A stretch of DNA of 64,000 nucleotides, from assembly GCA_964386385.1 (NCBI GenBank), contig CAYLRN010000001.1:172706-236705 (forward strand), in the 5' to 3' direction. This document shows positions 26,117 through 34,229 of the stretch, piece after piece. Under the pieces are notes generated by a model, which did not search any database, was not told the origin of the DNA, and saw only the letters and a program-made list of their open reading frames with translations. A program made the translations under genes and the position numbers. The DNA comes from an uncultured Lentisphaeraceae bacterium (GTDB lineage: Bacteria; Verrucomicrobiota; Kiritimatiellia; RFP12; UBA1067). The stretch's first letter is position 1; every line of letters starts with the position of its first letter.

Positions 26117-27445
26117 ATGACACGCATTAAAGAAATGGCGCGCGGTCTCTTCGCCGCCGCCGCAATCGCGGTTGCGGCGGCGGTCTGCGGAGCGCCGCCG
26201 ACGTTCAAGATCGCCGCAAACCGGCCCGACTGCCTCTACGCCTGCGGCGAAAAGACGACCTTCACCGTGACCGCCGTCGACTCGAACGGCGTCCCCGTCA
26301 CGGCAGGAACGGTGGACGCGGTGGTTGACAACTTCGGCCCCAGACGCATCGGCGGACGCACCGTCGACCTGGCGAAGGAGAACCCCTTCCAGATTGGCGG
26401 CACGCTGAAGGAGCCCGGCTTTCTCCGCCTCCGCCTTTCCGCAAAAGGCGGAAAGCCCACCGTCTTCGGAGTCGGCTACGAACCGGTGCGTATCGTGAAG
26501 GGATCTCCGTCGCCTGCGGACTTCGATGCGTTCTGGTCGAACGCCGTCGCGCGCCTCGATGCGGAAGTCCCCGCAGATCCGCGCCTCGTCCTCCTCCCAG
26601 AACGGTCGAAGGGCGCGTTCGACTTCTGGCGCATCAGCTTCGCCACCTGGGGCGGAACGCGCGTCTACGGCTATCTGTCCATCCCAAAGGACGCCTCCGC
26701 GACAAGAAAGTATCCCGTCCGCTTCCAAGTGCCGGCGGCCGGCGAGGGCGGCTGGACGAACAACATGAACGGCGCCCCCGACGCCATCTGCATGCTAATC
26801 ACCGTCCACTGGTTCGAGCCGCCGTTCGACCTTGGCGAGCTCAAGGCGAAGCACGAGGAGCTCAGGCGCGAACTCAAGGCGAAGTACGGCAACCCGTCGT
26901 ATTCCAGGGCCGGCATCGACAAAAGCCGCGAAGAGTACTACTTCTACCGCGCCATTGTCGGCATAAACCGGGCGGTGGAATGGCTGGCGGCGCGTCCGGA
27001 GGTCGACCTGACCGACTTCACCTACTCCGGCACGTCGCAGGGCGGCGGATTCGGTTTCTATCTGCTGGGGTTGAGCAGCCGTTTCACGAAGGGAGTGATG
27101 TACGTGCCGGCGATCACCGACACGATGGGCTACCTGAAGGGCCGCCAGAGCGGATGGCCGCAGATCGTCGAAGGACAGACCTCGCCGGAGGCCCGCGCCG
27201 CCGCGGAGGCCAACGCCCCGTACTTCGACGGCGCGAACTTCGCCTCGCGCATCACCTGCCCCGTCAGAATGGTGGTGGGCTTTGCGGACACCACATGCGC
27301 CCCTTGCGCGGTCTACGCCGCCTTCAACGCCCTCGCCTCCAGGGACAAGGACATCCGCCACGGAATTGGCATGGGACACAACTGCGACTGGAAGTTCTAC
27401 CAGGAGTTCAGCGCCTGGCAGAAGGAACGCAATCCCGAACCCTGA
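26117..27445 (+). CDS. Acetyl xylan esterase / cephalosporin-C deacetylase family (CE7-like) serine esterase, secreted
   Basis: Signal-like N-terminus. FDAFW...YGYLSIPK... and the nucleophile elbow YSGTSQGGG fit the AXE1 family layout. Confidence 0.7.
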   Translation: MTRIKEMARGLFAAAAIAVAAAVCGAPPTFKIAANRPDCLYACGEKTTFTVTAVDSNGVPVTAGTVDAVVDNFGPRRIGGRTVDLAKENPFQIGGTLKEPGFLRLRLSAKGGKPTVFGVGYEPVRIVKGSPSPADFDAFWSNAVARLDAEVPADPRLVLLPERSKGAFDFWRISFATWGGTRVYGYLSIPKDASATRKYPVRFQVPAAGEGGWTNNMNGAPDAICMLITVHWFEPPFDLGELKAKHEELRRELKAKYGNPSYSRAGIDKSREEYYFYRAIVGINRAVEWLAARPEVDLTDFTYSGTSQGGGFGFYLLGLSSRFTKGVMYVPAITDTMGYLKGRQSGWPQIVEGQTSPEARAAAEANAPYFDGANFASRITCPVRMVVGFADTTCAPCAVYAAFNALASRDKDIRHGIGMGHNCDWKFYQEFSAWQKERNPEP

Positions 27446-27446
27446 C

Positions 27447-27727
27447 GGCGCGACGAGACGTCGCGCCCTACCTAGCCGCTGGAACGGACGCCATCCGGCG
27501 CGACGAGACGTCGCGCCCTACCAGACCGGCCAAAGGATCGCATTCGGTAGGGCGGGGCGTCCCGCCCCGCCGCATTGCCCACCATGTCCTCGGCGGGCAA
27601 ATGGAAATCATGCCATTGCGGTCGCGCAGGAGCGCGACCCTCCCATGCCGTCTCAAGCGGCGCAGCCAGATTGGGTCAAGTGGCGCGTACCTAGATCGTC
27701 TCAAGCGGCGCAGGCAGATCGGTTCAG
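27447..27727. repeat. Intergenic GC-hairpin repeat cluster D plus two ~31-bp direct repeats
   Basis: GGCGCGACG-AGA-CGTCGCGCC-CTACC occurs twice (27447-27472 and 27497-27522). GGTAGG-GGCGGGGC-GTCCC-GCCCCGCC at 27546-27571. GTCGCGC-AGGA-GCGCGAC-CCTCCCA at 27621-27645. CGTCTCAAGCGGCGCAG(C/G)CAGAT... is repeated at 27649 and 27697. The cluster lies between convergent genes. Confidence 0.85.
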
Positions 27728-28335
27728 ACGGCGCAACGGTGGATTATCGCGCGGCGGAGGGTAAGCGGGTCGGAGTAGGCTACGCCGGAATCTGCCGGGA
27801 GTCCGAACGCGAGTCGCGTAAGGCGGACCGGAGAAGCGGCGGACGGCCATTCGCGCAGGATTTCCGAAAGGAGGCCCGCGGTGGCGTCCCCTTCCATGTC
27901 GGTCGAAAGCGCAAGAAGGACTTCGCCAAACCCCTCCCTGGCGATGCGGTCCTTCAGTTCGGCGATGCGAAGCTTCTCGATGCCGGACCTGCGGGCGGGC
28001 GAGAGCTTGCCGCCGAGGACGTGGTAGCGGCCGTGGAAGACGCCGGCGGATTCGATCGTCACGATGTCCGCCGGGTCTTCCACTACGCAGACTGAATCGC
28101 CGTCCCGCGTCGCGTCCATGCAGAACGCGCACGGGTCGCGTCCGCGCACCGTGAACGCCCCGCAGCGGGAGCAGCAGACGACGTTCTCGCGGGCATCTGC
28201 AAGCGCGACAGCGAGCGGGTCCAGCAGACGCTCCGGCTCGCGCAGAAGCGCCAGTGCGGCGCGCCCTGCGCTCCTGCGACCGAGTCCCGGCAGACGCGCC
28301 AGGTTCTTCACGAGAATGTCGATTGGTTCGAGCAT
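27724..28335 (-). CDS. recR: Recombination protein RecR
   Basis: Start at ATG 28335 gives MLEPIDILVKNLARLPGLGRRSAGRAALALL. It has a C4 zinc finger (CSRCGAFT...CAFC) and a Toprim region (VCVVEDPADIVTIE). The 43-codon upstream extension in the track is rejected. Confidence 0.9.
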   Translation of the reverse strand: MLEPIDILVKNLARLPGLGRRSAGRAALALLREPERLLDPLAVALADARENVVCCSRCGAFTVRGRDPCAFCMDATRDGDSVCVVEDPADIVTIESAGVFHGRYHVLGGKLSPARRSGIEKLRIAELKDRIAREGFGEVLLALSTDMEGDATAGLLSEILREWPSAASPVRLTRLAFGLPADSGVAYSDPLTLRRAIIHRCAV

Positions 28336-28342
28336 CCTGCCG

Positions 28343-28702
28343 TCACTTGCCGCCGAGCAGATTGCCAAGCCCCGCAAGACCGGCCATGCCGCCGGACTGC
28401 ATCGCCTTCGCCATGTAGTCGGCCGCGTTCTTGCGGACGGTCTTGAGCGCGCCGTTGACGACATTGAAAAGCATCGTCTCGAAGCGGTCGGTCTTGCCGT
28501 TGACGACTTCCTTCCACGTCTCTTCGGAAATCTTGATGGAAACGATGGAAGAATCGCCGCGGGCGACGACTGTGATTCCGCCGTTCTCGTACGTCGCCTG
28601 CATCTGCTCGACTTCCGTCTGGAGGCGCTTGGCCTCGTTGCGCATCTGCATGACCTGTTTCATCTGGTCCTTGGCCTGTTTCATCTGGTCGAAAATGCCC
28701 AT
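28343..28702 (-). CDS. ybaB: Nucleoid-associated protein YbaB/EbfC
   Basis: 119 aa: MGIFDQMKQAKDQMKQVMQMRNEAKRLQTEVEQMQATYENGGITVVARGDSSIVSIKISEE... It forms the conserved ybaB-recR pair. Confidence 0.9.
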   Translation of the reverse strand: MGIFDQMKQAKDQMKQVMQMRNEAKRLQTEVEQMQATYENGGITVVARGDSSIVSIKISEETWKEVVNGKTDRFETMLFNVVNGALKTVRKNAADYMAKAMQSGGMAGLAGLGNLLGGK

Positions 28703-28750
28703 GTCAACTACCTCTTTCTTTTTTGTCTTTCAAATCTCAAATCAGTCGTT

Positions 28751-29101
28751 TCAAATCAGCCCGTTCTTCCGCGCCTTGTACGCCACGATCCGGGGGGTGG
28801 TCTTGAGCGCCCTGGCCGTTGCGGCGACGTTTCCATTGCACGACGCCAGCGCCTGCGAGAGAACCGCCCGCTCGAATGCGGCGACGGATTCCGCCCAGCT
28901 CTCTCCGCGCCATGTCCATGGAGAATGCGCCGTTCGACGCCGGCTCCACCTCCTGACCGCAAGCGGAAGGTCGTCGCGCTCGACGCAAAGCCCGAACGCG
29001 ACGAGTTCCGTTTCAATTCGCGCCCGCGTCTTCTCATCCTCGGACGGCCATGGGTACGAATCGAAAAGCGCGGCGGCGTCTTCAGACCAGTTTTTTGCCA
29101 C
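28751..29101 (-). CDS. Small DNA-binding protein with a Fis-type C-terminal HTH
   Basis: The C-terminus ERAVLSQALASCNGNVAATARALKTTPRIVAYKARKNGL matches the Fis/NtrC-type HTH. I do not recognise the N-terminal half. Confidence 0.5.
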   Translation of the reverse strand: MAKNWSEDAAALFDSYPWPSEDEKTRARIETELVAFGLCVERDDLPLAVRRWSRRRTAHSPWTWRGESWAESVAAFERAVLSQALASCNGNVAATARALKTTPRIVAYKARKNGLI

Positions 29102-29984
29102 TCAAAGCCTCGTAGGCCTTAACGTAGATGTCGTGCGTCCTGGAGACGACGTCGTCGGGGAGTTCCGGTCCCGGCGGCTGGTGGTTGAATGAAATGGAGT
29201 CAAGCCAGTCGCGGACGAACTGCTTGTCTAGCGAAGGCGGATTCGCGCCGGGGGCGTAGGATTCCTGCGGCCAGAAGCGAGAACTGTCGGGCGTGAGAAC
29301 CTCGTCGGCGAGGATGAGCGAGCCGTCGGCATCGCGTCCGAACTCGAACTTCGTGTCAGCGATGATGATTCCGTGTTCGCGCGCGTAGTCGGCGGCCTTG
29401 GTGTAAAGTCCGATCGTGGCGTCCTTCAGGGCTTTCGCCATGTCGACGCCGACAAGCTCCTCCGTCTGGCGGTAGTCGATCGCCTCGTCGTGGTCGCCGA
29501 TGGCGGCCTTCGTGGTGGGGGTGAAGAGAACTTCGTCGAGCTTGGAGGCGTTCTGGTAGCCGGTGCGGAGGGGCTGTCCGTTGACCGTGCCGCTCTTCTG
29601 GTATTCCTTCCAGCCGCTGCCGGTGAGATATCCGCGGGCGATGCATTCGACCGGCAGCATGTCGACCTTCCTGACGAGCATGGAGCGGCCGCGAAGGTCT
29701 TCCTTGACACGCTGGAGGAAGACGGGGTATTCGTCGACGTCGGCGGTGACGAGATGGTTCTTCATGCCGAGGAAGTCCATCCAGAAAAGTGAAAGCTGGT
29801 TGAGGACCTTGCCCTTGCCGGGGACGCCGGAGGGAAGGATGACGTCGAAGGCGCTTATGCGGTCCGTCACGACCATGAGCAGTTTGTCGCCGAGGTCGAA
29901 GACGTCGCGCACCTTTCCGCTGGCCGGCGGGGGGATGCCGGGAATCAGCGTTTCGAGCAATGCATGGTTTTTGTCGTATTTCAT
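29082..29984 (-). CDS. purC: Phosphoribosylaminoimidazole-succinocarboxamide synthase
   Basis: Start at ATG 29984 gives MKYDKNHALLETLIPG...GKVRDVFDLGDKLLMVVTDRISAFD...ADTKFEFG...LADEVLTPDSSRFW. The upstream 232 Arg-rich codons of the track ORF are rejected. Confidence 0.9.
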   Translation of the reverse strand: MKYDKNHALLETLIPGIPPPASGKVRDVFDLGDKLLMVVTDRISAFDVILPSGVPGKGKVLNQLSLFWMDFLGMKNHLVTADVDEYPVFLQRVKEDLRGRSMLVRKVDMLPVECIARGYLTGSGWKEYQKSGTVNGQPLRTGYQNASKLDEVLFTPTTKAAIGDHDEAIDYRQTEELVGVDMAKALKDATIGLYTKAADYAREHGIIIADTKFEFGRDADGSLILADEVLTPDSSRFWPQESYAPGANPPSLDKQFVRDWLDSISFNHQPPGPELPDDVVSRTHDIYVKAYEALSGKKLV

Positions 29985-30766
29985 CTGTCTGCTCCTAATG
30001 GAAAACTTTCCGGTGCCCTGCGTCCCTGCGCCGCGGGTGAGACGCTTCCTTCGAGAAGGCGAATGTCCGGCTCCGCCAGGTCGCGCCACTCGCCGGGGCG
30101 CATTTCGCGCGGGAGGCGCAGCGCGCCGATGGCGACGCGCTTGAGGGCGAGGACTTTCAGCCCGGCGGCGCGACACATGTTCCTGATCTGCCGCTTGCGC
30201 CCTTCGCGAAGGCGGAACTCCAGCAGCTGGACGCCGTTGCTCCACTCGTCCAGCAGATCCACCCGCGCGGGGCGGATGCGATAGCCGTCGGGCATTTCGA
30301 CGGCGGAGCGCAGGACGCGAAGACGGTCGTCGCCCCACCGTCCGGCGGTGCGGACGAGATACGTCTTCTCGTGCTCGAACCTGGGATGCGTCAGGCGGAA
30401 CGCCAGGTCGCCGTCGTTCGACATGAGAAGAAGCCCCTCGGAGTCCTGGTCGAGGCGTCCGACGGGGACGAGGCGCTCCGGGATTCGCCCCCTCACGACG
30501 TCCGCGACGGTGCGTCCGCCGAACGGGTCGTGCATCGTGGAGAGGACGCCGACGGGCTTGTAGAGCATGATCGTGCGCTTTCGCTCCGCGGCGGCGATGG
30601 GGCGTCCGTCGACCGAGATTTGCACCTTTTCGGGGTCGAAGCGGAGGTACGGCTCTCGGACGACCACGCCGTCCACGCACACCCGCCCGGCGGCGACGAG
30701 TTCCGCCGCATGGCGGCGTGACGCGACTCCGGCGTGGCTTAGGATGTTCTGGATCCGCTCTTCCAT
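29981..30766 (-). CDS. Pseudouridine synthase, RsuA/RluB family
   Basis: Start at ATG 30766 gives MEERIQNILSHAGVASRRHAAELVAAGRVCVDG (S4 domain). The catalytic region is VGRLDQDSEGLLLMSNDG, followed by REGRKRQIRNM. The stop overlaps the purC ATG (ATGA). Confidence 0.85.
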   Translation of the reverse strand: MEERIQNILSHAGVASRRHAAELVAAGRVCVDGVVVREPYLRFDPEKVQISVDGRPIAAAERKRTIMLYKPVGVLSTMHDPFGGRTVADVVRGRIPERLVPVGRLDQDSEGLLLMSNDGDLAFRLTHPRFEHEKTYLVRTAGRWGDDRLRVLRSAVEMPDGYRIRPARVDLLDEWSNGVQLLEFRLREGRKRQIRNMCRAAGLKVLALKRVAIGALRLPREMRPGEWRDLAEPDIRLLEGSVSPAAQGRRAPESFPLGADR

Positions 30767-31347
30767 CACTCGACGGTCCGGTACTTCTTCACGGCCTCGG
30801 CAAAGGCGGGGGTGTCCACGAAGCCGCAGGACTTGAATTCCGGGCAGAATCCGCGGTACACGCATTCGGGGACGCAGCACGCGGCGAGTTCAGGCTCCTG
30901 GCGGGCAAGTTCGTCGACGACGAGCCGCCATGCGGCGCGCGTCTCCGGCGAGGCCTGTGCGCAGAGGCGGCGGCGGCTGATGAACATGACCTCTGCGGCG
31001 TTCGCGAAGCACTCGTGCTCCACCGGGGCGTCCTGACGGGCGCCGGCGCGGTCTGCGCCGGTGCGGTCCGTCCGCTGCGTCGAGACAAAATGCTCTACGC
31101 CGAACTTGTGGCGGACGAAATGGACACTGACCCAGTACGGAAGGTTCGACCACTTCCAGTTCACAAGCAGTTTGCGAATTGGCGAGTGTTCGGCGAGAAG
31201 GATGCGCTTCTTCCAGCGGGAAGAAGGCTCCTTCTGCCCTTCCGGCATGCGGATTGTCGTCCGGGCGGCGTCGGCGACTCCGCGCCAGTCGCCGACGACC
31301 CGAAGGAATTTCAGCGTCGTCGGCGCCATTGCGCGGGAATCGGTCAT
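30766..31347 (-). CDS. ThyX-fold (FAD-dependent thymidylate synthase-like) protein with a Cys-rich C-terminus
   Basis: EHSPIRKLLVNWKWSNLPYWVSVHFVRHKFGVEHFVSTQRTD aligns by eye to the ThyX stretch HETPFEH..F.F.V.AP..V..Q..RHR..S.NE.SGRY. NAAEVMFISRRRLCAQASPETR aligns to NARSLMNFLNLR.D..AQ.EIR. The C-terminus is CCVPECVYRGFCPEFKSCG. Confidence 0.5.
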   Translation of the reverse strand: MTDSRAMAPTTLKFLRVVGDWRGVADAARTTIRMPEGQKEPSSRWKKRILLAEHSPIRKLLVNWKWSNLPYWVSVHFVRHKFGVEHFVSTQRTDRTGADRAGARQDAPVEHECFANAAEVMFISRRRLCAQASPETRAAWRLVVDELARQEPELAACCVPECVYRGFCPEFKSCGFVDTPAFAEAVKKYRTVE

Positions 31348-32156
31348 TTGCTGAAGTCGCCCATTGCGCGGAACTTGGCGTAGCGCCTGTCGACGAGCTC
31401 GTCGACGGGAATCTTCACGAGTTCGGCGATTGCGGCGAGGACGGCCTCCTTTACCGAAGCGGCGGCGGCGGCGTGGTCGGTCTGCGCACCGCCATCCGGC
31501 TCCTTCACGATTCCGTCGATTACGCCGAGCCTCTTCAGGTCGGGGGCGGTGATCTTCAGGGCCTCGGCGGCCTCCGGGGCCTTCGCGCCGTCGCGCCAGA
31601 GGATGCCGGCGCAGCCTTCGGGGGAGATGACGGAATAGACCGCGTTCTCCATCATGAGGATCCTGTCGCCGACGGCGATCGCGAGCGCGCCGCCGGAGCC
31701 GCCTTCGCCCGTGACGACGACGACGATCGGCGTCTTGAGGGCGGCGAAGAACTCAAGCGACTTGGCGATGGCCTCGGCCTGGCCGCGGGCCTCGGCGGTG
31801 TCGCCGGGGTATGCGCCAGGGGTGTCGACGAACGTCACGATCGGAAGGTGGAACTTCTCGGCGAGCTTCGCCAGGCGCATCGCCTTGCGGTAGCCGTCGG
31901 GGTTCGCCATTCCGAAGTTCGCCTCCAGGTTCTCCTCGACTGTGGCGCCCTTGTGGTGTCCCATGACGAGGCACTTGACGCCGTCGATCGTCGCGAGGCC
32001 GCATATGAGGCCGCGGTCGTCGTTCACGAGGCGGTCGCCATGCAGTTCCTCGAAGTCGGAGGCCATGTGGCTGATGAAGTCAAGCAGGTGCGGACGCTTC
32101 GGATCGCGGGCGAGCTTGACGTGGTCCATTGCGGTTTTCACAGCTTCAGCGGACAT
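31344..32156 (-). CDS. accA: Acetyl-CoA carboxylase carboxyltransferase subunit alpha (short N-terminus)
   Basis: LARDPKRPHLLDF...GMANPDGYRKAMRLAKLAEKFHLPIVTFVDTPGAYPG...GEGGSGGALAI...SVISPEGCAGILW. Confidence 0.9.
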   Translation of the reverse strand: MSAEAVKTAMDHVKLARDPKRPHLLDFISHMASDFEELHGDRLVNDDRGLICGLATIDGVKCLVMGHHKGATVEENLEANFGMANPDGYRKAMRLAKLAEKFHLPIVTFVDTPGAYPGDTAEARGQAEAIAKSLEFFAALKTPIVVVVTGEGGSGGALAIAVGDRILMMENAVYSVISPEGCAGILWRDGAKAPEAAEALKITAPDLKRLGVIDGIVKEPDGGAQTDHAAAAASVKEAVLAAIAELVKIPVDELVDRRYAKFRAMGDFSK

Positions 32157-32170
32157 TGCGGCAATCCTCC

Positions 32171-33001
32171 TTAGAATCCAAAGTAGTGCAGGACCTTCAC
32201 GATGAAGGGCTTGAGGTCCTTGCGCTCGACGATCTTGTCCACGAACCCGTGCGACAGCAGATACTCCGCCGTCTGGAAGTCGGGCGGAAGCTTCTGGTGG
32301 ATCGTGTTCTCGATCACGCGGCGGCCGGCGAAGCCGATCAGCGTCTTGGGTTCGGTTATGTTCACGTCGCCGAGCATCGCGAAGGACGCGGAGACGCCGC
32401 CGGTCGTCGGGTCGGTCATCACGCTGACGTAGGGAAGACCGGCGTCCTTGAGGCGGCCGATCGCGGCGGAGGTCTTCGCCATCTGCATGAGCGAAAGAAT
32501 GCCCTCGTGCATCCGGGCGCCGCCGGAGGCGGAGCAGATGACGAGCGGACGGCGTTCGGCGATCGCCTTCTCGCAGGCGCGAGCGATGCGCTCGCCGGTG
32601 CCGGTGCCGAGTGAGCCGCCCATGAACGCGAAGTCCATCACGCCGAGCATCACCGGGACGCCGCCCATTTCGGCCGTGCCCATGACGATCGACTCGGTCT
32701 CGCCGCTCTTGGCGATGACGCTCTCGACCTTCGCCTTGTAGGCGCCGGTGGCGTCGTGGAAGTCAAGATGGTCGGAATAGCTGACCTCGCGGAAGGTCTC
32801 CGCAAAGGACCCCTCATCGGCGAGCTGGGCGATTCGCGCCCGGGCGCCAAGACGTCCGTGGTAGTTGCACACGGGGCAGATGCAGTTGGCGCTCTTCCAC
32901 TCCGCCGTCGCGATGTAGCTTTTGCAGCGCGGACAGACCTGCCACAGCGCCTTTGTGGGCGGTATCTTCGCCGGTGTTTCGGCTTTTTCGAACCAGGCCA
33001 T
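32171..33001 (-). CDS. accD: Acetyl-CoA carboxylase carboxyltransferase subunit beta
   Basis: Start at ATG 33001 gives MAWFEKAETP..WQVCPRCKSYIATAEWKSANCICPVCNYH (zinc ribbon). Followed by MDFAFMGGSLGTGTGE and SASGGARMHEGILSLMQMAKT. Confidence 0.9.
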   Translation of the reverse strand: MAWFEKAETPAKIPPTKALWQVCPRCKSYIATAEWKSANCICPVCNYHGRLGARARIAQLADEGSFAETFREVSYSDHLDFHDATGAYKAKVESVIAKSGETESIVMGTAEMGGVPVMLGVMDFAFMGGSLGTGTGERIARACEKAIAERRPLVICSASGGARMHEGILSLMQMAKTSAAIGRLKDAGLPYVSVMTDPTTGGVSASFAMLGDVNITEPKTLIGFAGRRVIENTIHQKLPPDFQTAEYLLSHGFVDKIVERKDLKPFIVKVLHYFGF

Positions 33002-33017
33002 TCTACGTTCTCCTTTT

Positions 33018-33500
33018 CTAGGATTCAGATTTCTTGCGTTTCGCGTCGGCGAGGAAGCCGAACGCAATCAGAATCGCCGCCGCCAGGGTGATGAAGGAGT
33101 CGGCGACGTTGAAGACGGGGAAATGGTGGACGCCCCAGTGGAAGTCGAACATGTCCACCACGTGGCCGCGGAAGACTCGGTCCAGCAGATTGCCGACGAC
33201 CCCGGCGTAGAGCATCGTCTCCGCCGCCAGCCCCCAGCGTCCCGCCGGAAAGACGGCCCTGCGCTTCCATACGAGAACCGCCAGCACGGCGAACGCGAAA
33301 AGCGCAAGCGGCCAGACGTGTCCCTGAAGCATCCCCCACGCGCAGCCGCGGTTCTCGACGTAGGCGAGATTGAACAGTTCGGGAATCACGACGACTGGCT
33401 CCGCGCCCTTCAGGCAGACGACGGCGGCGGCCTTCGAGAGCTGGTCTGCGCAGACCAGCCCCAGCACGGCCGCGCCCATCGCCATGACGCCCCTGAGCAT
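33018..33500 (-). CDS. lspA: Lipoprotein signal peptidase (signal peptidase II)
   Basis: Start at ATG 33500. LVCADQLSKAAAV...FNLAYVENRGCAWGML...GNLLDRVFRGHVVDMFDFH...FPVFNVADSFI are LspA motifs. Confidence 0.85.
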   Translation of the reverse strand: MLRGVMAMGAAVLGLVCADQLSKAAAVVCLKGAEPVVVIPELFNLAYVENRGCAWGMLQGHVWPLALFAFAVLAVLVWKRRAVFPAGRWGLAAETMLYAGVVGNLLDRVFRGHVVDMFDFHWGVHHFPVFNVADSFITLAAAILIAFGFLADAKRKKSES

Positions 33501-33505
33501 CGCGC

Positions 33506-34183
33506 CTACCGCCGCCCTTCCATCTGGTTCTGGCATTCCATGCACGTGTGGGCGAAGGGAAGGTTGAGAAGGCGCGGCTTGCGTATTAGCTGACCGCACA
33601 CCTCGCAGATCCCGTACGTGCCGTCGTCGATGCGGTGGAGGGCCTCGTCGATCTTCTGGACGATCTTGTTCTGGGAATCGACCTGGCTGAGGTTCTGGAG
33701 GCGCATGAACGAATCGCTTCCGTCCTCGTCCTCGCTGCCGCGCTCGTCCGACTGCTCCAGCGCGTTCGCGCGCAGCGCGGTGGACTGCCCGATCGCGTCC
33801 TGTCGCAGGACTATGAGGCGCTTGCGGAATTCCGCCAGGTCGTCGTCCGAGAACTGCATAGTGGCCTTGCCGCGGGCGCGCGTCGTGGGGCGGCGCGTCA
33901 GCGTGACGGTGGACGTGGACGCCTTGCGCTCCTCCTCCTGCTCCTTCTGGCGGCGTTTCATCTGCTCCGCGAAGGAAAAGGCCATGTCCTTGTGCTGGTT
34001 CTCGAACGCAATCGACTCCTCCGGCTTCTTGGAGGACGTCTTCTTCACGTTGCTCACGATCGTTATCGGCTTCGGCGCGCCTTCGGGTCGGACGACGCGG
34101 ACTCCCGCCGCGGTCATCGCCTCAACGGGGGCGCTCTTCTCGCCCTTCGCCGCCTTCACGCTCTTCTTGGACACTTCGCCCAT
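33506..34183 (-). CDS. DksA/TraR family C4 zinc-finger protein with a long N-terminal extension
   Basis: The C-terminus KIDEALHRIDDGTYGICEVCGQLIRKPRLLNLPFAHTCMECQ carries the DksA-type CxxC-N17-CxxC motif. Confidence 0.8.
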   Translation of the reverse strand: MGEVSKKSVKAAKGEKSAPVEAMTAAGVRVVRPEGAPKPITIVSNVKKTSSKKPEESIAFENQHKDMAFSFAEQMKRRQKEQEEERKASTSTVTLTRRPTTRARGKATMQFSDDDLAEFRKRLIVLRQDAIGQSTALRANALEQSDERGSEDEDGSDSFMRLQNLSQVDSQNKIVQKIDEALHRIDDGTYGICEVCGQLIRKPRLLNLPFAHTCMECQNQMEGRR

Positions 34184-34229
34184 ATAGTCTGCATTCCTTT
34201 CGTGCCAATGTACAGCCAGGGGCCGCGGC

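Noticed and set aside
25852-26120. Short ORFs in the repeat-filled intergenic regions (25852..26079, 25869..26120, 27282..27764, 27468..27704 and 1032..1326)
   Set aside because: Their sequences are translations of the GC hairpin repeats (recurrent GRDALLRVR, WEGRAPARP and GGTPRPT peptides in either orientation). No RBS or coding signal is evident.
27447-27645. Considered whether the repeated hairpin units constitute a CRISPR array
   Set aside because: The units differ in sequence and orientation, their spacing is irregular, only 2-4 units occur per locus, and no cas genes are present. The design (conserved flank plus covarying stem) fits REP-like elements better.
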